Shown one piece after another: positions 32,212-42,052 of a stretch of DNA of 64,000 bases. The notes beneath the pieces are model-generated. The model was given only the letters and a program-made list of their open reading frames with translations, did no database searches and was not told the origin of the DNA. Position 1 is the first letter of the stretch. Every line of letters starts with the position of its first letter. The translations under genes were made by a program, and so were the position numbers. The stretch is from a bacterium (lineage in GTDB: Bacteria > SZUA-182 > DTGQ01 > JAFGSM01), in NCBI GenBank assembly GCA_049472335.1, contig JBLIRO010000006.1:1-64000 (forward strand). The letters run 5' to 3'.

Positions 32212-32236
32212 ATAAGAATATAATTAGGAGGCACTG

Positions 32237-33346
32237 ATGCGTTTTTTTAAAGAAGAATTACATATAAATTTCATGGGTGCCCGAAAATGGGCAATCCTTG
32301 TGTCACTGTTAGTTATCGCCATTGGGATTGTGTCTCTGATACTCAAGGGCGGCCCCAGATACGGGGTAGATTTTGCCGGAGGTACCCTGGTCCAGATAAA
32401 ATTTCATATGCATGTTGATATAGATAAGATACGGGAGAGCTTAAAGGATCTTGATCTTGGAGAGCTGATGATCCAGCAATACGGTCTAAAATCAGAAAAT
32501 GAAATACTCCTGAGGATGTCAAGCTCCACAACCTCCCTGGAAGGATTTGAAGATAGAATCAGCGACATGTTAACAGAAAATATGGGAGCTGATACATTTG
32601 AGATTAGACGGGTGGAAATGGTTGGCCCGAAGGTGGGTAAAGACCTTCGGGAAAAGGGAATTTGGGCGATAGTTTTTGCCACATTATTGGTTTTGGTATA
32701 TATTTGGTGGAGATTTGAATTCGTATATTCATTGGGTGCCATCCTGGCCTTGGTCCATGATGTTTTGGTAACTATCGGCGCCTTTTCTCTTACCAACCGC
32801 GAATTTACATTACCGGTGATTGCCGCGCTTTTGACAATCATAGGTTACTCCCTCAATGATACCATTGTCGTTTATGACCGAGTGAGGGACAATCTAAAGC
32901 TTCTAAGGAACCGTCCGCTTGAAGCAATCCTGAATACCAGCATTAATCAGACATTGAGCAGAACTATACTCACATCTTTGACGACATTTTTCGTGGTATT
33001 TTGCCTGTTTATTTTGGGCGGAGAAGTCATCAATGATTTTGCCTTCGCCCTGATAATAGGTGTTGTGGTAGGCACTTATTCATCAATCTATATAGCAAGC
33101 CCAACAGCACTTTTCTTCCATAACCTGGCACCATCCGCGGCTTCCGATGGAAGGAGCAAGGCAAAAAGGGAAATGAGCAGGGCAGCCAGTAATGTAGCGC
33201 CTGTTAATAAGGGCGGGGTGAGTAGAATGATGGAACAGCAAAAGCAAAGTGAAGCTGCTTCTTCCTCAAATTCAAAAGGACAAAGTACAAAAAAGACTTC
33301 AAAAAGCGGGACCGCTAAAAAGCGAAAAAAGAGCAAAAAGAGATAA
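32237..33346 (+). CDS. secF: Protein translocase subunit SecF
   Basis: GVDFAGG, GYSLNDTIVVYDRVR, GTYSSIYIA; long Ser/Lys-rich tail. Confidence 0.95.
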   Translation: MRFFKEELHINFMGARKWAILVSLLVIAIGIVSLILKGGPRYGVDFAGGTLVQIKFHMHVDIDKIRESLKDLDLGELMIQQYGLKSENEILLRMSSSTTSLEGFEDRISDMLTENMGADTFEIRRVEMVGPKVGKDLREKGIWAIVFATLLVLVYIWWRFEFVYSLGAILALVHDVLVTIGAFSLTNREFTLPVIAALLTIIGYSLNDTIVVYDRVRDNLKLLRNRPLEAILNTSINQTLSRTILTSLTTFFVVFCLFILGGEVINDFAFALIIGVVVGTYSSIYIASPTALFFHNLAPSAASDGRSKAKREMSRAASNVAPVNKGGVSRMMEQQKQSEAASSSNSKGQSTKKTSKSGTAKKRKKSKKR

Positions 33347-33460
33347 AGAAAGTGCCTAAAGTGTCAAGTTCCTATAGTTATAATTATCTACGTTTAAATT
33401 TCTCCTAATTCCGACAGGTATGTTGGCAATGTAAAGTAAAAAAGAAAAGAATTAAAACAT

Positions 33461-33553
33461 AAAACGGGGACGTTGTTTACAAAGTTTATTTATTGCCTAA
33501 AATTCTATTGCTTCCGGATAATAAGTAAACTTTGTAAACAACGTCCCCGTTTT
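33461..33553. repeat. Long inverted repeat (REP/MITE-like, may also terminate transcription)
   Basis: 34-bp arms 33461-33494 and 33520-33553 match 33/34; half copy at 48442-48471. Confidence 0.85.
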
Positions 33554-33575
33554 TTCTCATTAGCGAACTATCTTT

Positions 33576-35447
33576 TTAGAATGTCCACCAGGGCTCAACG
33601 TCTAAAATAAACTCAACAATCGCGTAGCCTCCTCTTATATCAAAGGCTACAATCTGTATCAAATATCTTCCCGGCCAATGAGTAGTGAGTGTGTAAATCG
33701 CACCACTGGTATACCTTCCGTATTTTTCTACCCCTGTAGTAGAGCCTACTGTACTGCCGGATGTAATCCCGAATCCCTCCTTCATCTCGGTGACACTTCC
33801 GATATTGCACGAATAATAGACCATATCACCATCGGGATCAAAGAATTCAACGGGAATAATAAATGTTCTCCCCGCTTTAGCAATCTGCGGGCTATCTATA
33901 TCCTCACAGAGAATAGGAGGATGGTTCAACCAGGTCCCTTGATTAACTACAATAAGGTTAAAATCGGTTATTGCTGACAAACCCCTTTGATCTGTAGCTA
34001 TTATCTGTATGGTATGCAATCCCTCGAATTTTGGACTGAACCGGATCTCCGGCTTACAAGGGCTAGGTATAATCGAGTCCAGCCAGGGTCCATATCTGTA
34101 ACTTCTGGAGCCGTCAATCAAAGCAGTATAAGTGATGTTCCCAGGTTCTTCTACGGTTCCCGGAATATCTTCTCTGTCCTGATCATAACAGATGAATTCC
34201 TTTACAAAAAAACCCTCATTAGTTCCAAGCACATATACATCATTCTCGATCTCTTCGAAATATGGAGGATTATTTACAATCGGATAGTTTACAACTGATA
34301 ACGGGAAGGTCTCAATATCTGAAAGGCCACCTTCATCCACCACTCTGATTGTAATGATGAGGTCTTCAAAAACCTGAGGTATAAAATGCAGTAATATCTT
34401 GTTTGAAATACACGCGGGATCATCATTGTCACAAATCAGGAAATTCTCCGGGTCATTTGGGTCTTCTTTTATCCTGTAAATCATATCGCTTGTCTGAACA
34501 CCTTGATAGCCATATCCACCAACTGTAGCAAGAAATTCTAATCTCTGATCCGACGATCCGCCTGAAAGATCAATATCATTTGCAGTTATTATAAATGAAT
34601 AAGGCACAAATATCTCTGCAAATTGTGGTCCTATCCTTTGCAATTTCGGGGGATGGTTTATAATATCACTTAACCTGTCATGAAATGCAATGTTATCTAC
34701 CCGAAATTGATAACCTTTAAACATAATATATACTATTCTGGACTCTCCTGGCCCAAAACCCGACTCAATGCCAAATCCGTCTCTGTCAATATCATCCATT
34801 TCATATCCCAGCGCAACGGCAACATCACGGTCCAAGTCCCTTACCACAAGATGCCAGGTCCCGTCCTGATATTGTCTGCCAATCTGGAATAGATAACCCG
34901 GAGGGTCGTACATACCGGTAAATATATCACCCGGTCTTCCCTCTATAAATTCCGGTCCGTATTCATACTGGCCGGTAGGACGATAAATTAGATTTACCTG
35001 CTCCCCCTTTCTGGAGATTACAGCAATTTGGAACTCCCATTGATCGAACCACTCGATTCCGAACCACATATTGATATTAAAAGAGATAATATTCTTATCA
35101 TCTATCGGATCACCATTTGGATATACAAGAGATTGATTATATAAAAAATATGGATAAAATTGATTGAAAGGTGTTCTCACACTTTCATATAAAAGAACCC
35201 TGCTCTGCAATGTCGGATCTATTATAGTCATGGTTTGTCCAAATCCAGTGTATGGACCAAAACCAAATACCGGATAGGCAGGGGAAGAACTTATCCAACC
35301 ATGGTTTCTGGGTGTATCCCAATACTCAAAATCCTGCCATACATAGGTATCTGCCAGTGAAGAATTACAGAAGATTAGAACAAATAAGCAAATCGAAGCC
35401 AGGCCCAAAATAATAATTCTGAGTATTGTGCCTTTTTCTCTGAACAT
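33576..35447 (-). CDS. Secreted protein with NxPP (cadherin/Ig-like) repeats, C-terminus EPWWTF (paralog A)
   Basis: Signal peptide ending SLA; WQDFEYW; NHPP/NNPP/NHPP modules with DxD motifs; clearly homologous to 37978-40224. Confidence 0.75.
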   Translation of the reverse strand: MFREKGTILRIIILGLASICLFVLIFCNSSLADTYVWQDFEYWDTPRNHGWISSSPAYPVFGFGPYTGFGQTMTIIDPTLQSRVLLYESVRTPFNQFYPYFLYNQSLVYPNGDPIDDKNIISFNINMWFGIEWFDQWEFQIAVISRKGEQVNLIYRPTGQYEYGPEFIEGRPGDIFTGMYDPPGYLFQIGRQYQDGTWHLVVRDLDRDVAVALGYEMDDIDRDGFGIESGFGPGESRIVYIMFKGYQFRVDNIAFHDRLSDIINHPPKLQRIGPQFAEIFVPYSFIITANDIDLSGGSSDQRLEFLATVGGYGYQGVQTSDMIYRIKEDPNDPENFLICDNDDPACISNKILLHFIPQVFEDLIITIRVVDEGGLSDIETFPLSVVNYPIVNNPPYFEEIENDVYVLGTNEGFFVKEFICYDQDREDIPGTVEEPGNITYTALIDGSRSYRYGPWLDSIIPSPCKPEIRFSPKFEGLHTIQIIATDQRGLSAITDFNLIVVNQGTWLNHPPILCEDIDSPQIAKAGRTFIIPVEFFDPDGDMVYYSCNIGSVTEMKEGFGITSGSTVGSTTGVEKYGRYTSGAIYTLTTHWPGRYLIQIVAFDIRGGYAIVEFILDVEPWWTF

Positions 35448-35795
35448 TGATTCACCCCTTTCCTAACCCCCCGCAAGACTACATATACACTTTTTATTTT
35501 GAATAAATACTTACTATATAACCTCTTAAAAACCCTTATAAAAAAATATTCTTATACTTGAATAAATTGTTTTTCGTAAGTTATTCGTTCACACTTAATT
35601 TAAATTATAACAATAATGCAAAAAACTGTCAATATTTCTTTGAAATCATTAATTATACTAATTTTTTTAAAGATAAAGGCATATAGCATTTTAGTCGTCT
35701 GAAAAATTGTTTTTTCCGGTCGTTTTACAAATAACTAAAATGTTACAAAATCTTAAATACTCTCTTCCAAAATACATAAATTAAGGATAAGGATA

Positions 35796-37697
35796 TCATC
35801 TAGGCCACCTTGTCTGCCATTGTTGAAACATAAAAAGCGTCCAGAGCGGTTTTCGATGGTCGACTCTTCCATTTATATGATCATCGAGCATTTGTGAAAT
35901 AAAAACAGGATTAAATAAACCTTCCCTGCGTATTCTTTCAGGACTAAATGTATCCTGAAAGAGTTCTCTTAGTTCCCCCTTTATCCATTTGGCTACAGGG
36001 ATGCCAAAGCCCTTTTTGGGGCGGTGAATAATATTTTTGGGTAGAAGCGGACCGGCTGTTTTTTTAAGTAGATATTTTGTTTTTAATCTTCTTAGCTTAA
36101 ATTCCGGGGGAAGATGTGTTATGAAATCCACAAAGGTGTGATCCAAAAAAGGCACCCGCACCTCGAGGGAATTCGCCATACTGGCCCTGTCCACCTTTAC
36201 CAGAAGATCGTCTTGAAGGTAGAGTTTAGCATCTAAATAGAGTATAGCATGAAGGGGATGATTTGCTTTTGCCTTGACGAGATAATCCCTGACAGGAGAA
36301 AAAGTATCATGTGAAGACAGTCTTTCATGTATCTCCGGGTTGAAAAGAGAAGCTTTATCCTCCGGGCTGAAAGATCCCATCCATAATGTATGCCTGATTC
36401 CCGGCGGAGCGGAATTACCGTGAATAAATCTCTTTGCCCTGAAATCGAGGCTGAAATTCTTGTCAGATACAGGCAGGCTATTAATAACAGGTTCAAGTAT
36501 CCTTTTTCTTAAAATTTCAGGCAATTTCAGATATATACCGGCTAATCTATGGGCCTGGTAAGTATAATAACCCGCAAAGAGTTCATCCCCTCCATCCCCG
36601 CTCAAGGCAACTGTTACATTCTCCCTGCAAAATTTGCAAAGAAGGAATGTCGGCAGAAACGATGCATCTCCAAATGGTTCATCCAAAAACTCACAGACCT
36701 TTGGAAGGGCCTCCAACATCCGGGAAGTATCGAACATCTCCTGATGATGATTAATCTTTAAGTGTCCGGCAACCTGGACTGCATAATCAGATTCATCGAA
36801 TGAGCGCTCATAAAATCCGATCTGGAAACTATCAATCTCCTCGTTTGCATAACGATGCGCCAAAGCGGTGACCATACTCGAGTCGATGCCTCCGCTCAAA
36901 AAGGTTCCAAGCGGAACGTCACTGATAAGCCTCCTTTTCACGGAAGCGGTTAAAAGATGGAGAAGCCTTTCTTCACATTCCTTTTCACTGATGCATCTTG
37001 AATTTATCCTTCCTGAACTGTAATCCAGGTCCCAATATTCCTTTAAGCAGATATGTCCCTTTTCAAAAAAAAGCATATGACCGGGAGGAAGTTTCAAGAC
37101 TCCTTTATAGATAGTCTTCGGTGTCGGCACATACTCATAAGTAAGATAGAGATTCAGGGCCTCCAGGTCCAATTTGGGTTCCCAGCCCGGAAACTTCAGA
37201 AAAGCCTTTAGCTCAGAGGCAAATACGATCCGGCCTTCCTTTGTCATCATGTAGTGGAGCGGTTTTATACCGAGCCGGTCCCTGGCGAGGACTAGCCTTC
37301 TTTTTTTTGCATCCCAGAGTGCTATTCCAAACATGCCGTTCAGATCTTCGATAAATTCGTCGCCTTTTTCTTCATAGAGGTGGATAATGACTTCACCATC
37401 GGATCCTGTATTAAAATGGTGACCTTTTTTGATCAGGTCTTCTTTAATTCCTTGAAAGTTATATATCTCTCCGTTGTAAACCAGCCATAAGGACCGATCC
37501 TCATTAGTAAGCGGCTGATGCCCTGTTTTCAGATCTATGATACTCAGGCGTCTCATACCAAGGGCCATAACCCCGTCGTAATGAGTACCCCAATCATCGG
37601 GACCTCTATGAATCATAGTCTCACACATGGCCTGTAAAATCGATTGCGTAGGTTCAGGCCGCGGATCGTTATTTGAAAACCCGCAAATCCCGCACAT
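35796..37697 (-). CDS. asnB: Asparagine synthase (glutamine-hydrolysing)-family amidotransferase
   Basis: MCGICG, HRGPDD, NGEIYN, LSGGIDSS, SGDGGDELFAGY, SLEVRVPFLD. Confidence 0.9.
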   Translation of the reverse strand: MCGICGFSNNDPRPEPTQSILQAMCETMIHRGPDDWGTHYDGVMALGMRRLSIIDLKTGHQPLTNEDRSLWLVYNGEIYNFQGIKEDLIKKGHHFNTGSDGEVIIHLYEEKGDEFIEDLNGMFGIALWDAKKRRLVLARDRLGIKPLHYMMTKEGRIVFASELKAFLKFPGWEPKLDLEALNLYLTYEYVPTPKTIYKGVLKLPPGHMLFFEKGHICLKEYWDLDYSSGRINSRCISEKECEERLLHLLTASVKRRLISDVPLGTFLSGGIDSSMVTALAHRYANEEIDSFQIGFYERSFDESDYAVQVAGHLKINHHQEMFDTSRMLEALPKVCEFLDEPFGDASFLPTFLLCKFCRENVTVALSGDGGDELFAGYYTYQAHRLAGIYLKLPEILRKRILEPVINSLPVSDKNFSLDFRAKRFIHGNSAPPGIRHTLWMGSFSPEDKASLFNPEIHERLSSHDTFSPVRDYLVKAKANHPLHAILYLDAKLYLQDDLLVKVDRASMANSLEVRVPFLDHTFVDFITHLPPEFKLRRLKTKYLLKKTAGPLLPKNIIHRPKKGFGIPVAKWIKGELRELFQDTFSPERIRREGLFNPVFISQMLDDHINGRVDHRKPLWTLFMFQQWQTRWPR

Positions 37698-37714
37698 AAA
37701 TTATTTCCATTTTT

Positions 37715-37823
37715 GTAACAGTTCACCTCACCACAGAGGCACAGAGACACAGAGAAAAATTAAATTTTTCAACCCTAATATCCATCTGATCTCAGTGCCT
37801 CTGTGTCCGTGGTGAACTATTAC
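37715..37823. mobile_element. MITE-like non-autonomous element (109 bp)
   Basis: Termini GTAACAGTTCAC/GTGAACTATTAC (11/12 inverted match), internal CACAGAG 9-bp-period repeats with inverted counterpart, flanks CCATTTTT/TCATTTTT. Confidence 0.7.
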
Positions 37824-37912
37824 TCATTTTTTAATTGTTGGTTTTTCTTTTTACTGAACAATCACTGGAATTATACATAAGTTCATCTATTCCGGCAACA
37901 AATATCTACTCC

Positions 37913-37946
37913 AAAAAAAATCCCGGAGGTATTCCTCCGGGATTTT
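37913..37946 (-). terminator. Intrinsic terminator after paralog B
   Basis: AAAATCCCGGAGG-TATT-CCTCCGGGATTTT with 8-U tract on the minus strand. Confidence 0.85.
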
Positions 37947-37977
37947 CCGAAAACAATTAACAATCTAACCTATAATT

Positions 37978-40224
37978 TTAGAATGACCACCAGGGTTTAA
38001 CCTCGAGGTCGATCGTTATGATTGCGTACCCCCCCCTGATATCAAAGGCAATAATCTCTACTATATAGAAACCCGGGAAATGAGTATAGAGATGCCAATA
38101 AAAATCACCGCCAGAGGATATGCCGCAGGAGCCAATGTTACATGAAAAATAAAGTTCATCCCCATCGGGATCAACTACCTGAAGGGTCGGAGATGTCAGT
38201 AAAAACTCTTCTCCCGCTCTCACAACCTGAGGATGGTCCCAATCCATCATAATAACAGGCGGATGGTTGAGCCACGTTCCTCTGTTAACCGCAAATATTG
38301 TAAAATTGGCATATGAAGAGCTTCCGCGATCATCCGTTGCAACTAAATGGGCCAGATAAGCACCTTCAAATTTTGGCGAAAAGCTTATTAAGCCGTTGCA
38401 AGGCTCGATTATGCTATCCATCCATGGACCATATTGATATGAAGCAAATCCATTCAGGAAAAACTCCCACAACATATTATCCATATCCTGCCTGAATTGC
38501 TCAGAAACAGGAAATCCAGGTATATGAGTTGTGGCGGGACTGCTTGACAATGAGAATATGGTACAATCCGGATCAATCACACCAACGGCATAGGAATTGA
38601 ACTCACCCACATAAAAGATCCTGTCATCGACATCTTCAATATAAGGAGGGTAATTTTCAACAGGATAGTTCACTACTGATATGGGGAAGGTCTCCAAATC
38701 AGACACCCTGCCATTTGTAACCTCTATGGTCAGGATAATGTCCTCGAAAACCTGCGGTGTGAAATCGAGCTTTGCTATGTTGGGCCAATAAGTAAATCCC
38801 GCATTCCAAAGCGCGGACTCCAAAAAGAAGCATAATAAAGGTCCGAAAAACGGATTGCCCAATTTGGCTATTACATCTTCCGCTTTATAGTAAGTTGGGA
38901 TATATGTGGGCATACCATCATAGGGATATATCTCCAGTGGTGCTAAAGGCGTAAATTGTATGCCGCTGGCACCTGCGCCTCCCACTGTCGCATTCCAGCC
39001 CAGGGTCTGATTGATGTTTGTACCTGGTATTAGCTTCAGATAAGGATTTTTGCCTATTCTGAAGTTTGGATTTGCAAATATCGGAAGATTAATATCAACC
39101 ACAAAATCCCTGTCAAAAAGAACGGAGATATTCGGATCGGGTTCCTCGCCAAACTTATTGGGATCCGCGCCTAAAGATATCCAGTAGTCCGAGATCTCAT
39201 TCGGATCCGTGACGAAGATCTCTTCAATGTTTTCATAGATAAGAAAGTCCATTATACTGGATATTTCATCATCTCCGGTATCATAATCAGCAAAAAACAG
39301 ATAACGGTAGGGCTCGAAAATCTGGGCATAACGGGGGCCTATCTTAGAAAGATGCGGTTGCAGAACAGTATGGGACATCGGGAAAAGGCTTTTTTTATGA
39401 AAGGCGATATTATCCACCCTTAATAAAGTGTGTTGAAATTTAACCATAGCTATCATGGAATTTCCAGGATCAGGATCACCCGTCAAAGGATTCGGTCCAT
39501 ACCCGTCCCTGTTCGGATCATTCAGATCATACTCCAGGGCCAATGCGGCATCCTGGTCTAAATCCCTGATAACATGATTCCATGTACCCTGATTGAACTG
39601 CCGCCCTATTTTATAAACAAATCCTGGAGGGTCATACATACCGGTAAAGACATCGCCTGGTATCCCTTCCCTGAAAATGGGACCTTCCTCGTGAGTTCCC
39701 ACCGGATCGTAAATGAGATTTACCTGTTCTCCTTTTCTTGTAACCAGCATGATTGAGACTTCCCATGTATCAAACCGTTCAATACCCACAAAGGGAATCA
39801 TGATGTCAAAGGAAAAGATACTCTTATCGTTAATCGGACTTCCGTCCGGATAGGTTACATTTTGATTCCAGGCATAAAATGGATAAAACTGATTAAAAGG
39901 AGACATCATACACGCATAGAGCAGGACCCTGCTCTTTAGCAAAGGGCAGAAAGTGGTTTCTATCCGCCCAAAGCCTGTATAAGGTCAGAAGCCGAAATTA
40001 GGATATGGCGGGCAGGAACTCTGCCACCCGTAATTTGCCGGTGCGTGCCAATACTCGAAATCCTGCCAGATAAAGGTTTCCAAAGCGCGCCAGTCAGTAG
40101 ATGACAATTCCTGCTGGGTATAAATGGCCGCTATTCCCGGACTGCAAACCAAAACTGAAAAAAAAGAAAAAACGGCCAGAATACAAGATATCTGAATAAG
40201 CCTTTTTCCTTTCTTTAAGTTCAT
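37978..40224 (-). CDS. Secreted PWWSF-terminating protein (paralog B), 748 codons with one in-frame TGA at 39985-39987
   Basis: ORFs 39985-40224 and 37978-39942 are one frame: ..PPYPNFGF*PYTGFGRIETTFCPLLKSRVLLY.. aligns with paralog A ..PAYPVFGFGPYTGFGQTMTIIDPTLQSRVLLY..; GGAGGAG RBS; recoded gene or pseudogene. Confidence 0.75.
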
Positions 40225-40625
40225 GACAATTCTCCTCCTTTCAGTAATTTGATGATTAAAGTTTTTATAATTTAATACTTTATTAATTATTTTTAAGTAT
40301 CATTATTTATAGAAAAGCAATTAGTCAGTTTCACTTCTGGAGATCTGTTTGACGGTCCCAAAACTTACTTATCATATAAGGAACAATAAAAACTATGTTA
40401 TTGACTTTTTACTGATTTTCTATTGTGAAATGTTGCTTTAAGTCAGATCTATTATCGATAATATTTTATAATTATCAAACAAATGAATATTGAGGTAATT
40501 AATTATACTCAATAAAAATTATATATGAATTGTCACCTATACCTATTAATTGATATAATTAATTATACAAAAAAATCAAAAACAAATCAATTCTTGATTT
40601 TTTATCATTACATCATCATTACCCC

Positions 40626-40654
40626 TTGACTGCTCAGCTAAGTGTAATTAGAAT
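40626..40654 (+). promoter_or_regulatory. sigma70-type promoter for the glmU-like/glmM pair
   Basis: TTGACT-17-TAGAAT; 14-bp direct repeat ATAAGGATTACACC at 40693 and 40711 in the leader. Confidence 0.5.
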
Positions 40655-40731
40655 AGAAGCTCTGTGCATCCATATTTTTCCTTATTTTATAAATAAGGAT
40701 TACACCATAGATAAGGATTACACCCAAGGCT

Positions 40732-42006
40732 ATGATGACAGAAAATCATAAATCCCCGAACAATCAAGAAAAACTCATGAAACTTATGGAGAAAGGGGTA
40801 AAAATCTTCAATCCGAATTCAATTCATATAGGAGAAGACGTGGATACTGACCGGATTTCGGGTGAGGGAGTCGTTCTCTATACAGGATGTAAAATATCGG
40901 GAAAAGACACGCTTATTTTGTCCGGCACAAAACTTGGCTATGAGGCCCCTGTTACCATAGAAAATTGTCAAATAGGACCCGATGTGGAATTAAGAGGCGG
41001 CTTTTTTTGCAATTCAGTATTCCTGGCAGGATCCAGCATGGGATCCTGTGCCCATGTCAGGGATGCCTGCATCCTTGAAGAAGAGGCAAACGGAGCTCAC
41101 TTGGTGGGGATCAAACACACTATCCTGTTCCCTTTTGTGACACTAGGAAGCCTGATAAATTTTTGTGACTGCCTTATGGCAGGTGGAACGAGCAGAAAAA
41201 ATCATAGTGAGGTGGGCAGCTCATATATCCATTTTAACTATACTCCAAATCAGGACAAGGCAACCCCCTCTTTGATAGGGGATGTGCACAGGGGGGTAAT
41301 GCTCGATAAACCTCCCATCTTTCTGGGCGGTCAGGGGGGACTGGTGGGACCGGCAAAATTAGGGTTTGGCATTGTCATAGCGGCAGGATCCATAATTCGT
41401 AGCGATTTTCTTGAGGAAAATAAGCTTATTTCCGGTTCGATTTTAAATTATAAATGTTCTGATTTTTATCCGGGACTTTATTTGAGTATTCAAAGACAAG
41501 TCCTTAACAATATAAATTATGTTGCAAATCTTATAGCTCTCAGCTTTTGGTACAAAGAGATCCGTTCACGATTTTTTCAGGAAAGCCCAATGAAAAAAGA
41601 ATTGTATAAGGGTGCATTGGAAAAATTGAATATTGCAACTCAAGAAAGGATAGAACGTTTCAAGGCCTTTGTCCAAAAATTGCCCGAATCCGTTAAGATC
41701 TGTCATGAGATTATGAAAGAAAAGGCCTCTGAACGTTTAATATCCCAAAAAAAAGAGTTATTCAATAAATGGTCCGAAATAGAAGACATTTTTTATACCT
41801 CAAGGGAAAATGATATAAAATCCGATGAAAAATTGTTATTTTCAGAAAAAATTGATGCTGTGCGAGAAAAGACAGGCAATGATTATATAAGAGTTATTCA
41901 GGGACTCGACAGAAACTGCAGGGAGATTGGTTCTAAATGGCTAAAATCCATAGTTGACAGAACCAATGAAGAGGTCCTGAAAGTCATTCCAACTTTTAAT
42001 ATTTAA
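40732..42006 (+). CDS. GlmU-related left-handed beta-helix protein lacking the N-terminal nucleotidyltransferase domain
   Basis: LMEKGVKIFNPNSIHI resembles the GlmU linker; hexapeptide-like repeats; no LAAG.GTRM motif; upstream of glmM. Confidence 0.6.
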   Translation: MMTENHKSPNNQEKLMKLMEKGVKIFNPNSIHIGEDVDTDRISGEGVVLYTGCKISGKDTLILSGTKLGYEAPVTIENCQIGPDVELRGGFFCNSVFLAGSSMGSCAHVRDACILEEEANGAHLVGIKHTILFPFVTLGSLINFCDCLMAGGTSRKNHSEVGSSYIHFNYTPNQDKATPSLIGDVHRGVMLDKPPIFLGGQGGLVGPAKLGFGIVIAAGSIIRSDFLEENKLISGSILNYKCSDFYPGLYLSIQRQVLNNINYVANLIALSFWYKEIRSRFFQESPMKKELYKGALEKLNIATQERIERFKAFVQKLPESVKICHEIMKEKASERLISQKKELFNKWSEIEDIFYTSRENDIKSDEKLLFSEKIDAVREKTGNDYIRVIQGLDRNCREIGSKWLKSIVDRTNEEVLKVIPTFNI

Positions 42007-42052
42007 ACCCTGAATCTAAATCTTAAAAATAAGTAAATAAAGGGTAAAAATA

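Noticed and set aside
33347..33380. AAAGTGCCTAAAGTG 9-bp periodic remnant after secF
   Set aside because: Too short and lacks an inverted partner
39985..39987. Genome-wide UGA=Gly or UGA=Trp genetic code
   Set aside because: TGA is the stop at the expected ends of cobO, parE, pyrH, frr, tgt and asnB, and no other gene has internal TGA
39942..39987. Frameshift between the 79-aa and 654-aa ORFs
   Set aside because: Both are in the same frame (37978-40224 = 749 codons including the stop); only a TGA separates them
40225..40731. Replication origin in the 500-bp AT-rich gap
   Set aside because: No TTATCCACA-type DnaA boxes seen; explained as divergent promoter region
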